This document shows positions 17,203 through 26,493 of a stretch of 64,000 bases of DNA, piece after piece; position 1 is the stretch's first letter; each line of letters opens with the position of its first letter. The stretch comes from Actinomycetota bacterium (GTDB taxonomy: Bacteria > Actinomycetota > Aquicultoria > SURF-47). The notes under the pieces are model-generated. The model worked only from the letters and a program-made list of their open reading frames with translations. It was not told the origin of the DNA and searched no databases. The DNA lies in the NCBI GenBank assembly GCA_003599235.1, contig QZJE01000013.1, positions 78,536 through 142,535 on the forward strand, read 5' to 3'. A program made the translations under genes and the position numbers.

Positions 17203-18435
17203 ATGCCAAAGTATACATTCGATAAATGGTCAGATATATATGCTAACAGAGTGAAAACTCTTAGGTCCTCAGCTGTTAGAGACTTAATGAGTGTTGCCGA
17301 CATGCCAGAAGTCATCTCTTTTGCTGGTGGCTTTCCTGATGTTAAGGATTTTCCGGCGGGAAGGATTCTTAAAACCACTACTCACCTAATGGAGAACAGC
17401 AAAGCAACTGCTCTACAATATGCTTCTTCTCACGGCGATGAAGCCTTAAGAAAGATAATTGTTGAGCTCTTAGAGAGCGAAAAAATCTACGTCGACACTG
17501 ACGATATGATGATAACCTTCGGCGCTCAGCAAGGCCTGGACCTGCTGGCTAAGATATTTCTTAATCCTGGCGATATAGTATTGGCCGAGTCTCCTACCTA
17601 TTTGGGAGCTCTAAATGCTTTTATTACTTATCAAGCTCAAGTAGTCCAAATTAAGATGGATAAAAACGGGCTGATTCCTAAAGAGCTGGAGAAAACCTTA
17701 AAAGGCTTAAAGAAAAAGCCTAAGTTCTTATATACCGTTCCCAGTTTTCAAAACCCCTCCGGCATTACCTTGTCTGAGACTAGAAGAAAATCGCTAGTGA
17801 AAATAGCTAAGAAATACGACCTGCTGATAATAGAAGATAACGCTTATTCGGCTTTACGCTTTGAAGGAGACCCTCTGCCTACCTTGCGCTCTTTGGATGA
17901 GAATATTATTTTTTTGGGAACTTTTTCCAAGATATTTTTTATCCCCGGAGCCAGACTAGGCTGGCTGGTTGCTCCCCGGGCTATTATGGAAAAGTTGCTC
18001 TTTGCTAAGCAAGCAGCTGATTTATGTTGCGGCTCGCTACCCCAGAAGCTAACCGAGCATTATTTAACTAATTATGATTGGCGTAAGTATGCCCAAAAGA
18101 TGATTAAGAAATACACTAAAAAACGAGATGTTATGTTAGCTGCTCTAAAAGAGCATTTTCCCAAAGAAGCCAAGTGGACTTATCCTTCAGGCGGCTTCTA
18201 TATCTGGGTAACCCTGCCGGAGTTTTTAGATACCACCGAGATGCTGGCTGAGGCCGTAAACGAGCAAAAAGTGGCTTTTGTGCCTGGTGAGGGCTTTTAT
18301 TATAGAGAAGGCGGCAAAAACAAGATGCGTTTGTCTTATTGCTTGCCAAGTGAGAAAGAGATTAAGGAAGGTATAAAGCGATTGGCTAAGGTTGTTAAGA
18401 GGAATATGGAGATTTATAGAAGTCTTGAGAGATAG
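17203..18435 (+). CDS. PLP-dependent aminotransferase, class I/II
   Basis: Has the SFQNPSG and TFSKIF..PGARLGW (PLP lysine) motifs. GAAGGGA sits 5 nt before the ATG at 17203, so I prefer it to the TTG at 17188 used by the ORF track. Confidence 0.8.
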   Translation: MPKYTFDKWSDIYANRVKTLRSSAVRDLMSVADMPEVISFAGGFPDVKDFPAGRILKTTTHLMENSKATALQYASSHGDEALRKIIVELLESEKIYVDTDDMMITFGAQQGLDLLAKIFLNPGDIVLAESPTYLGALNAFITYQAQVVQIKMDKNGLIPKELEKTLKGLKKKPKFLYTVPSFQNPSGITLSETRRKSLVKIAKKYDLLIIEDNAYSALRFEGDPLPTLRSLDENIIFLGTFSKIFFIPGARLGWLVAPRAIMEKLLFAKQAADLCCGSLPQKLTEHYLTNYDWRKYAQKMIKKYTKKRDVMLAALKEHFPKEAKWTYPSGGFYIWVTLPEFLDTTEMLAEAVNEQKVAFVPGEGFYYREGGKNKMRLSYCLPSEKEIKEGIKRLAKVVKRNMEIYRSLER

Positions 18436-18443
18436 GAGGAAGC

Positions 18444-19379
18444 ATGTCTAAAATAGCGGTTTTAATGGGAGGACGCTCACTTGAGCGGGATGTTTCGCTA
18501 AAAAGCGGCCACCGGGTATCTGATGCCTTAGAGAAAAAGGGGCATAAAGTGGCCCGCTTAGATGTAGATAAGAAATTAGTGGGACGCTTAAAAAAAGAAC
18601 GGCCTGACCTGGTCTATATTGCCCTGCACGGTAAGTTTGGCGAAGACGGCACCGTCCAAGAACTACTGGAGATTTTAGGTATCCCTTACACCGGCCCTGG
18701 TGTATATTCCTCTATTTTAGGTTTCGATAAAGTGCTATCTAAAGAAACATTTTTAGCTGAAGGCATCCCTACCGCTGACTTTTACGTGCTCTCAACTGCG
18801 GCAATACAGGAAATGGGGGCCTCTGATGCCCTGCCTGGAATTATTAAGAAGATTGGTTTGCCGGTGGTGGTAAAGCCAGCCCGTCAAGGCTCGGCCTTGG
18901 GAATCAAAATAGCTCATAAGGAAGCCGAGCTAAAAAAAGCAATTATCGGAGCCCTAAATTACGACCATAAAATAATCATCGAGAAGTTTATTAAAGGAAC
19001 AGAGATCTCGGTAAGCATTTTAGGCAATAAAAAGTTAAAAGCCTTGCCGGTAGTAGAAATCGTTCCTAAAAAAGAGTTCTTTGATTTTGCCTCGATGTAT
19101 ACCATGGGTAAAACAGACTATTATATTCCCGCTAGGTTAGATGCCAAACTAACCAAAAAAGTCCAAGATATAGCCCTTAAAGTGCACAAGATATTGCAAT
19201 GCCGGGACGTCTCCAGAGTCGATATGATAGTTGACCGCAAGAAAAACCCCCAGGTATTAGAGATTAATACCTCGCCGGGTATGACCGAGACTTCTTTGCT
19301 GCCAATGGCAGCTGAAGCCGCCGGGATGAGCTTTGAGGATTTGGTGGATAGGATTGTTAAGTTGGCCCTTAATAGGTAG
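18444..19379 (+). CDS. ddl: D-alanine--D-alanine ligase
   Basis: KIAVLMGGRSLERDVSLKSG......L...GH.V; ATP-grasp body; EINTSPGMTETSL.P near the C-terminus. Confidence 0.9.
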   Translation: MSKIAVLMGGRSLERDVSLKSGHRVSDALEKKGHKVARLDVDKKLVGRLKKERPDLVYIALHGKFGEDGTVQELLEILGIPYTGPGVYSSILGFDKVLSKETFLAEGIPTADFYVLSTAAIQEMGASDALPGIIKKIGLPVVVKPARQGSALGIKIAHKEAELKKAIIGALNYDHKIIIEKFIKGTEISVSILGNKKLKALPVVEIVPKKEFFDFASMYTMGKTDYYIPARLDAKLTKKVQDIALKVHKILQCRDVSRVDMIVDRKKNPQVLEINTSPGMTETSLLPMAAEAAGMSFEDLVDRIVKLALNR

Positions 19380-19402
19380 GGGCACGGCGCGCCGTGCCCC
19401 TA
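19377..19402. terminator. 26-nt perfect GC-rich palindrome between convergent genes (likely bidirectional stem-loop)
   Basis: TAGGGGCACGGCGCGCCGTGCCCCTA. The outer TAG is the ddl stop. The outer CTA is the reverse-strand TAG stop of the dehydrogenase gene. Confidence 0.6.
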
Positions 19403-20455
19403 CGCTGCTTCCACCATATTCATGGGCTCGCCTGAAAAGAACATTTCGATATTTTCTACCGTTGTTTCAGCAATACGTTGATAAGCTTCCTTGCTATAAA
19501 AAGCAATGTGAGGAGTTATTATGACATTATCCATCTTCATCAGAACATGATCTTCTAATAGTTGTTTCATTGTGCCCTGAGCTTTTTTTTCAATAGCCTG
19601 CCATTCTTCATTAATAAAATCCTCGCCCTCTAATACGTCTAAGCCGGCACCGGATAAAATACCCTTCTCTAAAGCCCAAACCAATGCTTCATTATCAACT
19701 AAGCCACCCCTAGCCGTATTAATAAGAACTGCTCCTTTTTTCATTTTAACAACAGTATCCCTGTTCATTAAGTGATGGGTTTTCTTATTATAAGGAGCAT
19801 GCAAAGTAACGATGTCGGACTCATGTAATAATTCATCAAAGGCAACATATTTAAATCCTAAGACGCTTTGTAAATCTATGTGTGGCATGGGGTCGTAAGC
19901 TAAAACATTCATATCCAACCCCCGGGCAATCTTTATCGCATGTAAACCAATTCGGCCGGTGCCCACCACTCCTAGAGTTTTGCCAGAGAGGTCAAACCCT
20001 TTTAGGCCCTTTATCTCAAAATCCCCGGTTAGGGTGCGCATATAGGCTTTATGGACGTTATGAGCCAGAGCCAGAATCAGGGCAAAAGCATGCTCAGCTA
20101 CAGTGTTTTCTCCATAGGTTGGAACATTGGTAACAGCAATATTTCTTTTGGCAGCTTCTGCTAAATCAACGTGGTCAAAGCCGGTGCTCCGAGTAACGAT
20201 AAGCTGGAGATTGGATAGATTATTAATAACATCAGCTGTAACTCTGGAGCGAATACGCACGCATAATACATTTACCTGCTTAATCTCTTCTAATTGAGCA
20301 GCATCTAACTCTTCTGGATAGAAAATGAGATCGTATAGCGGCAAGTGATGGCGGTAGAAATCTATTTCCCAATCTTCTACTTCAAAAAAAGCAATCCGAA
20401 TGGGGTTGGCCTTTTTCTGGCGGATTAACTCTATAGCTGAGGTTAAAGTCGTCAT
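19400..20455 (-). CDS. D-isomer-specific 2-hydroxyacid dehydrogenase (NAD-dependent)
   Basis: GKTLGVVGTGRIGLHAIKIARGLDMNVLAYD is a Rossmann motif. The body is family-typical (..TLHAPY...T.HL.N......MKKGA.LINTARGGLVD). Confidence 0.85.
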   Translation of the reverse strand: MTTLTSAIELIRQKKANPIRIAFFEVEDWEIDFYRHHLPLYDLIFYPEELDAAQLEEIKQVNVLCVRIRSRVTADVINNLSNLQLIVTRSTGFDHVDLAEAAKRNIAVTNVPTYGENTVAEHAFALILALAHNVHKAYMRTLTGDFEIKGLKGFDLSGKTLGVVGTGRIGLHAIKIARGLDMNVLAYDPMPHIDLQSVLGFKYVAFDELLHESDIVTLHAPYNKKTHHLMNRDTVVKMKKGAVLINTARGGLVDNEALVWALEKGILSGAGLDVLEGEDFINEEWQAIEKKAQGTMKQLLEDHVLMKMDNVIITPHIAFYSKEAYQRIAETTVENIEMFFSGEPMNMVEAA

Positions 20456-20497
20456 CTAAGATACTTATCCAACTGAAAAAAAAAGAAACGTTGTTCG

Positions 20498-20527
20498 TTG
20501 TCCGAACTTCGTTGTTCGAGATATAAT
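20498..20527 (+). promoter_or_regulatory. Putative promoter of tRNA-Arg
   Basis: TTGTCC (20498-20503), 18-nt spacer, TATAAT (20522-20527). The tRNA 5' end is 9 nt downstream. Confidence 0.4.
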
Positions 20528-20535
20528 TCTAGAAC

Positions 20536-20608
20536 GCCCTCGTAGCTCAGGGGATAGAGCACCGGTTTCCTAAACCGGGTGTCGGATGTTCGAATCATCC
20601 CGGGGGCA
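20536..20608 (+). tRNA. tRNA-Arg (anticodon CCT)
   Basis: Manual cloverleaf: acceptor GCCCTCG/CGGGGGC, D arm GCTC-AGGGGATA-GAGC, anticodon stem CCGGT/ACCGG with loop TTCCTAA, T arm GGATG-TTCGAAT-CATCC, discriminator A. No encoded CCA. Confidence 0.9.
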
Positions 20609-22651
20609 CTATTTAATCCTTAACAACCGGGCGTTGATAGCTACGATGATGGTGCTGGCTGACATAAAAACTGCCCCTAGGGCTGGGCTTAACAGGATGC
20701 CGAAGCTGTAAAGGACGCCGGCAGCAGCCGGAATAGCAAAAGCATTGTAGCCGGTAGCCCAGCCAAGATTTTGCACCATCTTCGAATAAGTCGACTTGGC
20801 AAGCTTGGTAATATCGACAACGTCTTGGGGGTTACTTCTAATCAGTATTATATCAGCTGTCTCTACAGCCACGTCCGTTCCCGAGCCGATAGCAATTCCC
20901 ACATCAGCTTGAGCCAGAGCCGGAGCATCGTTTACCCCGTCACCGGTCATAGCTGTAATTAAGCCTCTGGCTTGCACCTCTTTAACCTTTTCTTCTTTTT
21001 GCTGTGGCAGCACTTCTGCAAAGTAATCATCCAATCCAATTTCTTGTGCTACCCATTTAGCTACTAGCTCATTGTCTCCTGTTAGCATGATGGTTTTAAT
21101 TCCCATCTCCTTTAAGCTGGCGATAGCCGGTTTTGACTCCGGCCTGATAATATCAGCTAGGGCTACCGCTCCTACTAATTTGGAATCGATTAAGACAAAA
21201 ATAACGGTTTTGCCCTGGCCGGTAAGCCTATCAAACTCAATGTTATCAAAGCTTATTTTTTTATCCCGTAGGTATCCGGGGCTGACTACTTTTACCTCTT
21301 TACCCTCGACCACTCCTTTTGCCCCTTTGCCAGGGATAGCCATAAATTGCTCTACGGGATAGGTCTGTTTTGAGCTGTCTAAAATGCCTTTAGCAATGGG
21401 GTGTTCAGAGTTGGCTTCCACTGAGGCCGCGTATTTTAAAACTTCTTCCTGGCGATACGCTTGATCATAAACCACAGTGTCGATTACCCCGAACTTGCCT
21501 TGGGTCAAAGTACCGGTCTTATCAAAAATAATAGCCTGGATATTTCTGGCGGCTTCAAAAGCCTTTCTGTCTCTTATTAAAAGTCCGCTTTTAGCAGCAA
21601 TGGTAGTAGATATGGAAACAACTAAAGGAACGGCCAAGCCTAAGGCATGAGGACAGGCAATAACCATCACTGTTACCGCCCTCTCTAATGAAAAGGCAAT
21701 GCTTCTGGCTCCAACAGTTAACCAGCCAAAAAAAGTTAAAGTGCCAACCGATAAAGCAATAACGGTAAGCCACATAGCAATCCGGTTGGAAACATCTTGA
21801 GTTTTGGATTTAGTGGCTTGGGCTTCTTTTACCAAATCAATTACCTGAGACAAAAAGGAGTCCTTGCCCATTTTATTTACTTCGATAGTAATGGCACCCT
21901 CGCCGTTAATTGCGCCACCGATTACTTTTGAGCCGGTTTTTTTAGAAACCGGTTTAGACTCTCCGGTAAGCATAGCCTCATTAACTGAGCTCTGACCACT
22001 TACTACCACCCCATCGGCTGGAATCTTCTCCCCTGGTTTAACTAAGACCTTATTTCCGACCACCAATTGATCTAGCGGCACATCATTTACCTCACCGTCG
22101 TCACTTACCAAGTGAGCCTCTGAGGGCATTAATCTAGCCAGCTCTTCTAGGGCCCGGGAGGCTCCTAAAATCGACTTCATCTCTAAATAGTGACCTAAGA
22201 GCATAATGTCGATTAGGGTGGCCAGCTCCCAGAAAAAGGCCATTCCAGAAAGGCCGAAGACTGTTGCACTGCTGTAGAGATAAGCAGCAGAAATTGCTGT
22301 ACCTATCAGGGTCATCATCCCCGGCATTCTAGCTCTAAGTTCTCTAGCCAGCCCGACTAAAAAGGGTTGTCCCCCGTAAAAATAGATAAGAGACGAAAGA
22401 ATAAATAAAACATAAGTATCGCCGCTAAAGACTAAACTAAAACCTATGAAATCTTGAATAGCCGGAGTTAAAATTAGAATTGGAAGAGTGAGAATCAAGC
22501 TGATAATAAAACGTTTTTTGAAATCTTCTACCCGGTGGCCCTCGTGCTCGCTTAGTCCTTTATGATCCTTATGACCAGCCGGTGCTTTAGCATGATCCAT
22601 CCCTTGATGGCTTTTAGAATGCGAGTGCTCTTGATGCTTTTCATGTTCCAT
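20609..22651 (-). CDS. copB: Copper-translocating P1B-type ATPase, CopB-like (His-rich N-terminus, CPH motif)
   Basis: N-terminus [20 protein letters not shown]...HKDHKG, TM6 CPH ([13 protein letters not shown]), [26 protein letters not shown]. Confidence 0.85.
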   Translation of the reverse strand: MEHEKHQEHSHSKSHQGMDHAKAPAGHKDHKGLSEHEGHRVEDFKKRFIISLILTLPILILTPAIQDFIGFSLVFSGDTYVLFILSSLIYFYGGQPFLVGLARELRARMPGMMTLIGTAISAAYLYSSATVFGLSGMAFFWELATLIDIMLLGHYLEMKSILGASRALEELARLMPSEAHLVSDDGEVNDVPLDQLVVGNKVLVKPGEKIPADGVVVSGQSSVNEAMLTGESKPVSKKTGSKVIGGAINGEGAITIEVNKMGKDSFLSQVIDLVKEAQATKSKTQDVSNRIAMWLTVIALSVGTLTFFGWLTVGARSIAFSLERAVTVMVIACPHALGLAVPLVVSISTTIAAKSGLLIRDRKAFEAARNIQAIIFDKTGTLTQGKFGVIDTVVYDQAYRQEEVLKYAASVEANSEHPIAKGILDSSKQTYPVEQFMAIPGKGAKGVVEGKEVKVVSPGYLRDKKISFDNIEFDRLTGQGKTVIFVLIDSKLVGAVALADIIRPESKPAIASLKEMGIKTIMLTGDNELVAKWVAQEIGLDDYFAEVLPQQKEEKVKEVQARGLITAMTGDGVNDAPALAQADVGIAIGSGTDVAVETADIILIRSNPQDVVDITKLAKSTYSKMVQNLGWATGYNAFAIPAAAGVLYSFGILLSPALGAVFMSASTIIVAINARLLRIK

Positions 22652-22665
22652 CTCACAATACTAGC

Positions 22666-22905
22666 CTATGATAACTCTTTTTTCATCCGCTCGTATTCTT
22701 CTTTACTAATCTCGCCTTTGGCATAGCGCTCTTTGAGGATTTCTAATGCATTAATAGCTTTAGTCCCCGGCATTCTTGTCTGGCCGGAAACTAACCACCA
22801 TATCAGTAAAACAACTCCCACTACTATCAGCAAGAAGAAAAATAAGCTGAATAACATTCCTATCCACATACTACCTCCTCCAAATCCACCACAAAAAGGA
22901 CACAT
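22666..22905 (-). CDS. SHOCT-domain small membrane protein
   Basis: 79 aa: one TM helix followed by [25 protein letters not shown] (SHOCT signature). Confidence 0.7.
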   Translation of the reverse strand: MCPFCGGFGGGSMWIGMLFSLFFFLLIVVGVVLLIWWLVSGQTRMPGTKAINALEILKERYAKGEISKEEYERMKKELS

Positions 22906-22913
22906 AATTCCTC

Positions 22914-23408
22914 CTATAAGCTCTTCAAATAATTAATAACATCGTTTAAGTCGCGGTTGGACATATTCCAGTGGGGCATGTTGGAATCAACCTCTTGCCC
23001 TTTATTATCAATGCCCTTGGTTATTACTCTCTTGATGGTATCTATAGTAAAAGGCGGTTTTTCCTTAACAAGGCTGCTGTATCGGATGTCATGAGCGGTA
23101 AAGCTGCCCATCATGGTGGTAACTCGTCCGCCTCGTCCATCTACTCCATGACAATCAACACAACCCCCGCCATGCATGGCAAACCAATAAGGGCCACCTG
23201 AAGAGCTAATACTGCCCCTTCTACTAACACCAGTGAAGTAGATTTGCTCACCGTTGCTATCGTAACTGCGGCCGAATCTACCGGGATACCTCCTAAAACC
23301 ACCCTTCTTAAGCCCAAATGGCTGAAAATAAAAAAAGTTAACAACGATTAAACCAACCAAGCCAATAAGTATAAGAATGCTAGCAGTTATTAACAGTGAA
23401 CGCTTCAT
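22914..23408 (-). CDS. Membrane-anchored c-type cytochrome-like protein
   Basis: N-terminal TM helix and a single heme-binding CxxCH ([12 protein letters not shown]). 8 nt upstream of the SHOCT gene in the copB operon. Confidence 0.6.
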   Translation of the reverse strand: MKRSLLITASILILIGLVGLIVVNFFYFQPFGLKKGGFRRYPGRFGRSYDSNGEQIYFTGVSRRGSISSSGGPYWFAMHGGGCVDCHGVDGRGGRVTTMMGSFTAHDIRYSSLVKEKPPFTIDTIKRVITKGIDNKGQEVDSNMPHWNMSNRDLNDVINYLKSL

Positions 23409-23468
23409 AGGTATTATTTACCCAAAAATAAGCAATTAACTCATCTGTTGCACAAAATTAATGAATTA

Positions 23469-25253
23469 TTAAAAAACAATGTCTGTAGCACTTTTGCAAA
23501 AATGAGTAGAGCCATTAAAGGATAGGCGGTATTTTGATTTTCTAATTTGCTTGCGGTAATAATAAGATGTTTGATCAGCCTTAGTTCTTAATACGCCTTT
23601 TTTAATCCATCTTCTAAGGCGACTGCTCCACTGATATAGGCATATCTTTTGCCGAGCCGGTATTTTAGCCCCAGCAGAGTTAGCTAAACGGCAACTGATT
23701 TTTACTTTCTTTTTTCCCTTAACCTTTTGAACCTTTGCTCTAATGTAGGTCTTGAGTCTTAGGTCTACTTTTCTAACAAAATTATTGGTCATACCCTGCT
23801 TATTAGTCACTGTAAGCATTGGATAGTAAACACCTGGTTTTTGATAGTTATGATTTGTATTTAAACTTTTACCATCCTTTTGTCCATCCCCAAACCTCCA
23901 TTGGAATCTTACCGGACCCTTGCTTAGTTGACGACCTTTAAAGACAACTGAAGTGCCTTTTACACTAAATGAATACGAGCCAGAAGGAAAGAAAACTTTA
24001 TTTGATTGCAACAATCCCATGATAGAGGTTTTATAATTATTATAGTCAGGATATGAACCGCTCATCCAAAGCACATTTACCCCTTTTGAACTGTTTCTAG
24101 GAACAGTCGGCCTGACATCTTTTGTTTTAGAGCTCGATGAAATAACTCTACGCTGCCAGTTTTTGCCTCCATTTTTCGTCCGCCACTTCTCGATTTCAAA
24201 ATTTCTCTTTTTTCTTGAGAGATAAACGATGGACGGATTGGAGTGATTTATAGCAATTCCGCCGGAGTAATATGGCTCTCGCTTGTCTCCTGAAATTGAG
24301 CCTCCGGCAGAAGTTATCTTATAAGTACTCCACTTGCCTCCTATCCATCTGGCATAATAGTAGCGATGGTTGGCTCTAGACGGAAAAGTAGAGTAGACAA
24401 CAATGGGCCGTCTTTTGTTATCGACTGCGATGTCATGAACCCAGGATTTTATTTTGGACTGATTGTAATCATAAATCTTTTTTATCTTGCTTAATTTAAG
24501 CGGCAAATTATGTACATTGCCTATTACGGTTTTATCGGCATTATAAAAAACCCCTTTTCTATAAAACATGAAATATATACTAGTTTTAACTGTGTTAGGA
24601 TTTCCGTCGGTAAAAGTAAAATAGATTGTATCCTTGCCATTTGAATCAATTTTCACGTATGGCCTACAACCTGCTGATTTAAGCAATGTCCTAGCCTTAG
24701 TCCATTTCTTGCCATCCATTGTCGTAGTAATAGTAGGCTGCTTGTCGCTTCCTCTAAAAAATAAGAATATTTTATTTTTTTCTCTTCTTAACATCACGGG
24801 ATTGGGATAGGTGTAGCCGTTTTTACCCTTATGGGTGTTTCTACCAACTGAATATTCAGGACCCCAAGAAGAAATATCATTGGGTTTCTTTGAAATCTTG
24901 TAATGCATACCTTGGCTATAATGACCTGACCAAAAAACCATGATTCGCTTATCAGGCCTAATTAATAATGAGGGATTAGCATGGTCGTCCCGGCAATAAT
25001 TTTTACTTAACACAGCACTAGTCATTGTTTTTTTGGAGTGAAAATAGCTTCCGACTATAATACTGCCTCCGTTATCTACCCATCCAAAATGAGTTTTGCC
25101 GCCATAACACACAGCTCTTGGATCGGCAAACCAGCACCAAGCACCATTATCGACTAACCGAGTTTTGCCGGCTGCTCTAATGGGTGGTGGCGCAATGAAG
25201 GTTAAGAGCAAACTTAAAATAAAAATAGTTATAAATATTCTTTTTAATAGCAT
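23469..25253 (-). CDS. Secreted BNR_4-like beta-propeller protein with a PKD domain and a basic C-terminal tail
   Basis: Signal peptide. WCWFADPRAV....KTHFGWVD..G.I.VGSY and DDHANPSLLIRPD.RIMVFWSGH resemble the BNR_4 family. FQWRFGDGQ......HNYQKPGVYYPMLTVTN..G is a PKD domain. The last ~95 aa are Lys/Arg-rich. Confidence 0.7.
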   Translation of the reverse strand: MLLKRIFITIFILSLLLTFIAPPPIRAAGKTRLVDNGAWCWFADPRAVCYGGKTHFGWVDNGGSIIVGSYFHSKKTMTSAVLSKNYCRDDHANPSLLIRPDKRIMVFWSGHYSQGMHYKISKKPNDISSWGPEYSVGRNTHKGKNGYTYPNPVMLRREKNKIFLFFRGSDKQPTITTTMDGKKWTKARTLLKSAGCRPYVKIDSNGKDTIYFTFTDGNPNTVKTSIYFMFYRKGVFYNADKTVIGNVHNLPLKLSKIKKIYDYNQSKIKSWVHDIAVDNKRRPIVVYSTFPSRANHRYYYARWIGGKWSTYKITSAGGSISGDKREPYYSGGIAINHSNPSIVYLSRKKRNFEIEKWRTKNGGKNWQRRVISSSSKTKDVRPTVPRNSSKGVNVLWMSGSYPDYNNYKTSIMGLLQSNKVFFPSGSYSFSVKGTSVVFKGRQLSKGPVRFQWRFGDGQKDGKSLNTNHNYQKPGVYYPMLTVTNKQGMTNNFVRKVDLRLKTYIRAKVQKVKGKKKVKISCRLANSAGAKIPARQKICLYQWSSRLRRWIKKGVLRTKADQTSYYYRKQIRKSKYRLSFNGSTHFCKSATDIVF

Positions 25254-25254
25254 G

Positions 25255-26493
25255 TTATTTCGCTTTGTTCCATTGCTTAATTAGATAAGGCTTGGTATCT
25301 TCGAAAACCTCCGCTGTAGCCTCTACTACTGCTTCAGCTAGAGGGGTAGACATGTACTTGGTTTGCAGAACAAAAGCAGCTGTCCGGCCGAAATACAAGG
25401 GGACTAAACTCTCTAGAACCAAGTAAGAAGGAATGTTGGCAAAGTTATAGGCTACAGCGAAATCATAAACTACTTTTGCCCACAGTTCTTCAGGAAATGC
25501 AAACTTATTAAGATTGGATTTGGTTAAAGCCTCAACTTCTGTAAAATTGTCCTTACTTAATATCAACTTGATCCCTTGTTTGTATTTTCGAAATCCTACT
25601 TCGAAGTTCCGAATCATAGCTGCATAATCTACATTAAACTTTTCGGGGTCTATATCATTTGTTTCTTCGCCATATAAATCAACCGGTTGGCTGCCCCGGG
25701 ATGCCTTCCACTTTACTTCGTATTTATTCATCAAGCTAAACAGCGTTCCCACAACTTGCTCAAACATCGGAGCTAAGCTTTTAGCAGGATCTTTCGGGTT
25801 GTGAAGTTTTACTCCCATTGCTGCTTGACAAAGCCTGAATCCCTCATTAATTGCCGTCGTTGTCATCCAAATATCGATACCGAACTTGGCAATATTAGCA
25901 TTATCAATTCTTTGATGAGCTAAAATCTTGGCTAGCGAGCCACTCATAGCAAACTCGCCCCCGATTGGCTGCCGAATTATCTGACCGTAAAGTGCCCGAG
26001 TTAAAGGATAGGCGATATTGTTAGTGATGGTGCCGTCATATTTATAGCGCCGGTAGTAAGGAGTAACCATCCCAAAACTGTGTTTCCAGATAGGGTCTCC
26101 CAACAGCTTAATCCACTCAGGAGTAATGCTTTTTAAGTCAGAATCCACCACAATACAGACTTTTACCTTTAACCAGTCAGCAATCTCAAAAATGGTGGCA
26201 AAAGCGCTGCCTTTACCGGGAATACCTTGGTAGGGAGTGACAATTTTCTGTATTTTTTTATCAACCGGCGTGTTTAATACAATTTCCCTGGTATTATCAG
26301 TTGAGCCTCCGTCTGAGTTAACTAAAACCGGCTTTAAATCAGGAAAATACTTAGTCATACCCTCAGAGGCTGCTTTTACAACACTGGAGATAGTATCTTC
26401 ATTGCGAAAACTAGGGACTCCAACTAAAATATCAGCTGAGCCAATCTTTTTTATTTGTTTCTTTACTTCTTCAGGTAGTATGGACATTTTCAA
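25255..26493 (-). CDS. GT-A fold glycosyltransferase (family uncertain)
   Basis: ADILVGVPSFRNEDTISSVV.......F..L..VLVNSDGGSTDNT and IVVDSDL (DxD). Its stop lies 1 nt before the downstream secreted-protein gene. Confidence 0.65.
   Translation of the reverse strand: MKMSILPEEVKKQIKKIGSADILVGVPSFRNEDTISSVVKAASEGMTKYFPDLKPVLVNSDGGSTDNTREIVLNTPVDKKIQKIVTPYQGIPGKGSAFATIFEIADWLKVKVCIVVDSDLKSITPEWIKLLGDPIWKHSFGMVTPYYRRYKYDGTITNNIAYPLTRALYGQIIRQPIGGEFAMSGSLAKILAHQRIDNANIAKFGIDIWMTTTAINEGFRLCQAAMGVKLHNPKDPAKSLAPMFEQVVGTLFSLMNKYEVKWKASRGSQPVDLYGEETNDIDPEKFNVDYAAMIRNFEVGFRKYKQGIKLILSKDNFTEVEALTKSNLNKFAFPEELWAKVVYDFAVAYNFANIPSYLVLESLVPLYFGRTAAFVLQTKYMSTPLAEAVVEATAEVFEDTKPYLIKQWNKAK

Noticed and set aside
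16977-17378. 133-aa minus-strand ORF spanning the ATPase/aminotransferase spacer.
   Set aside because: It runs through an AT-rich promoter region and overlaps the well-supported aminotransferase start. The translation is low-complexity with no RBS or motif.
21591-21773. 60-aa same-strand, out-of-frame ORF inside copB, and similar nested ORFs (23141..23344, 41415..41615, 48413..48643, 49875..50123, 55533..55733, 58779..59000).
   Set aside because: They are embedded in alternative frames of long, motif-supported genes. The translations are low-complexity with no start context.
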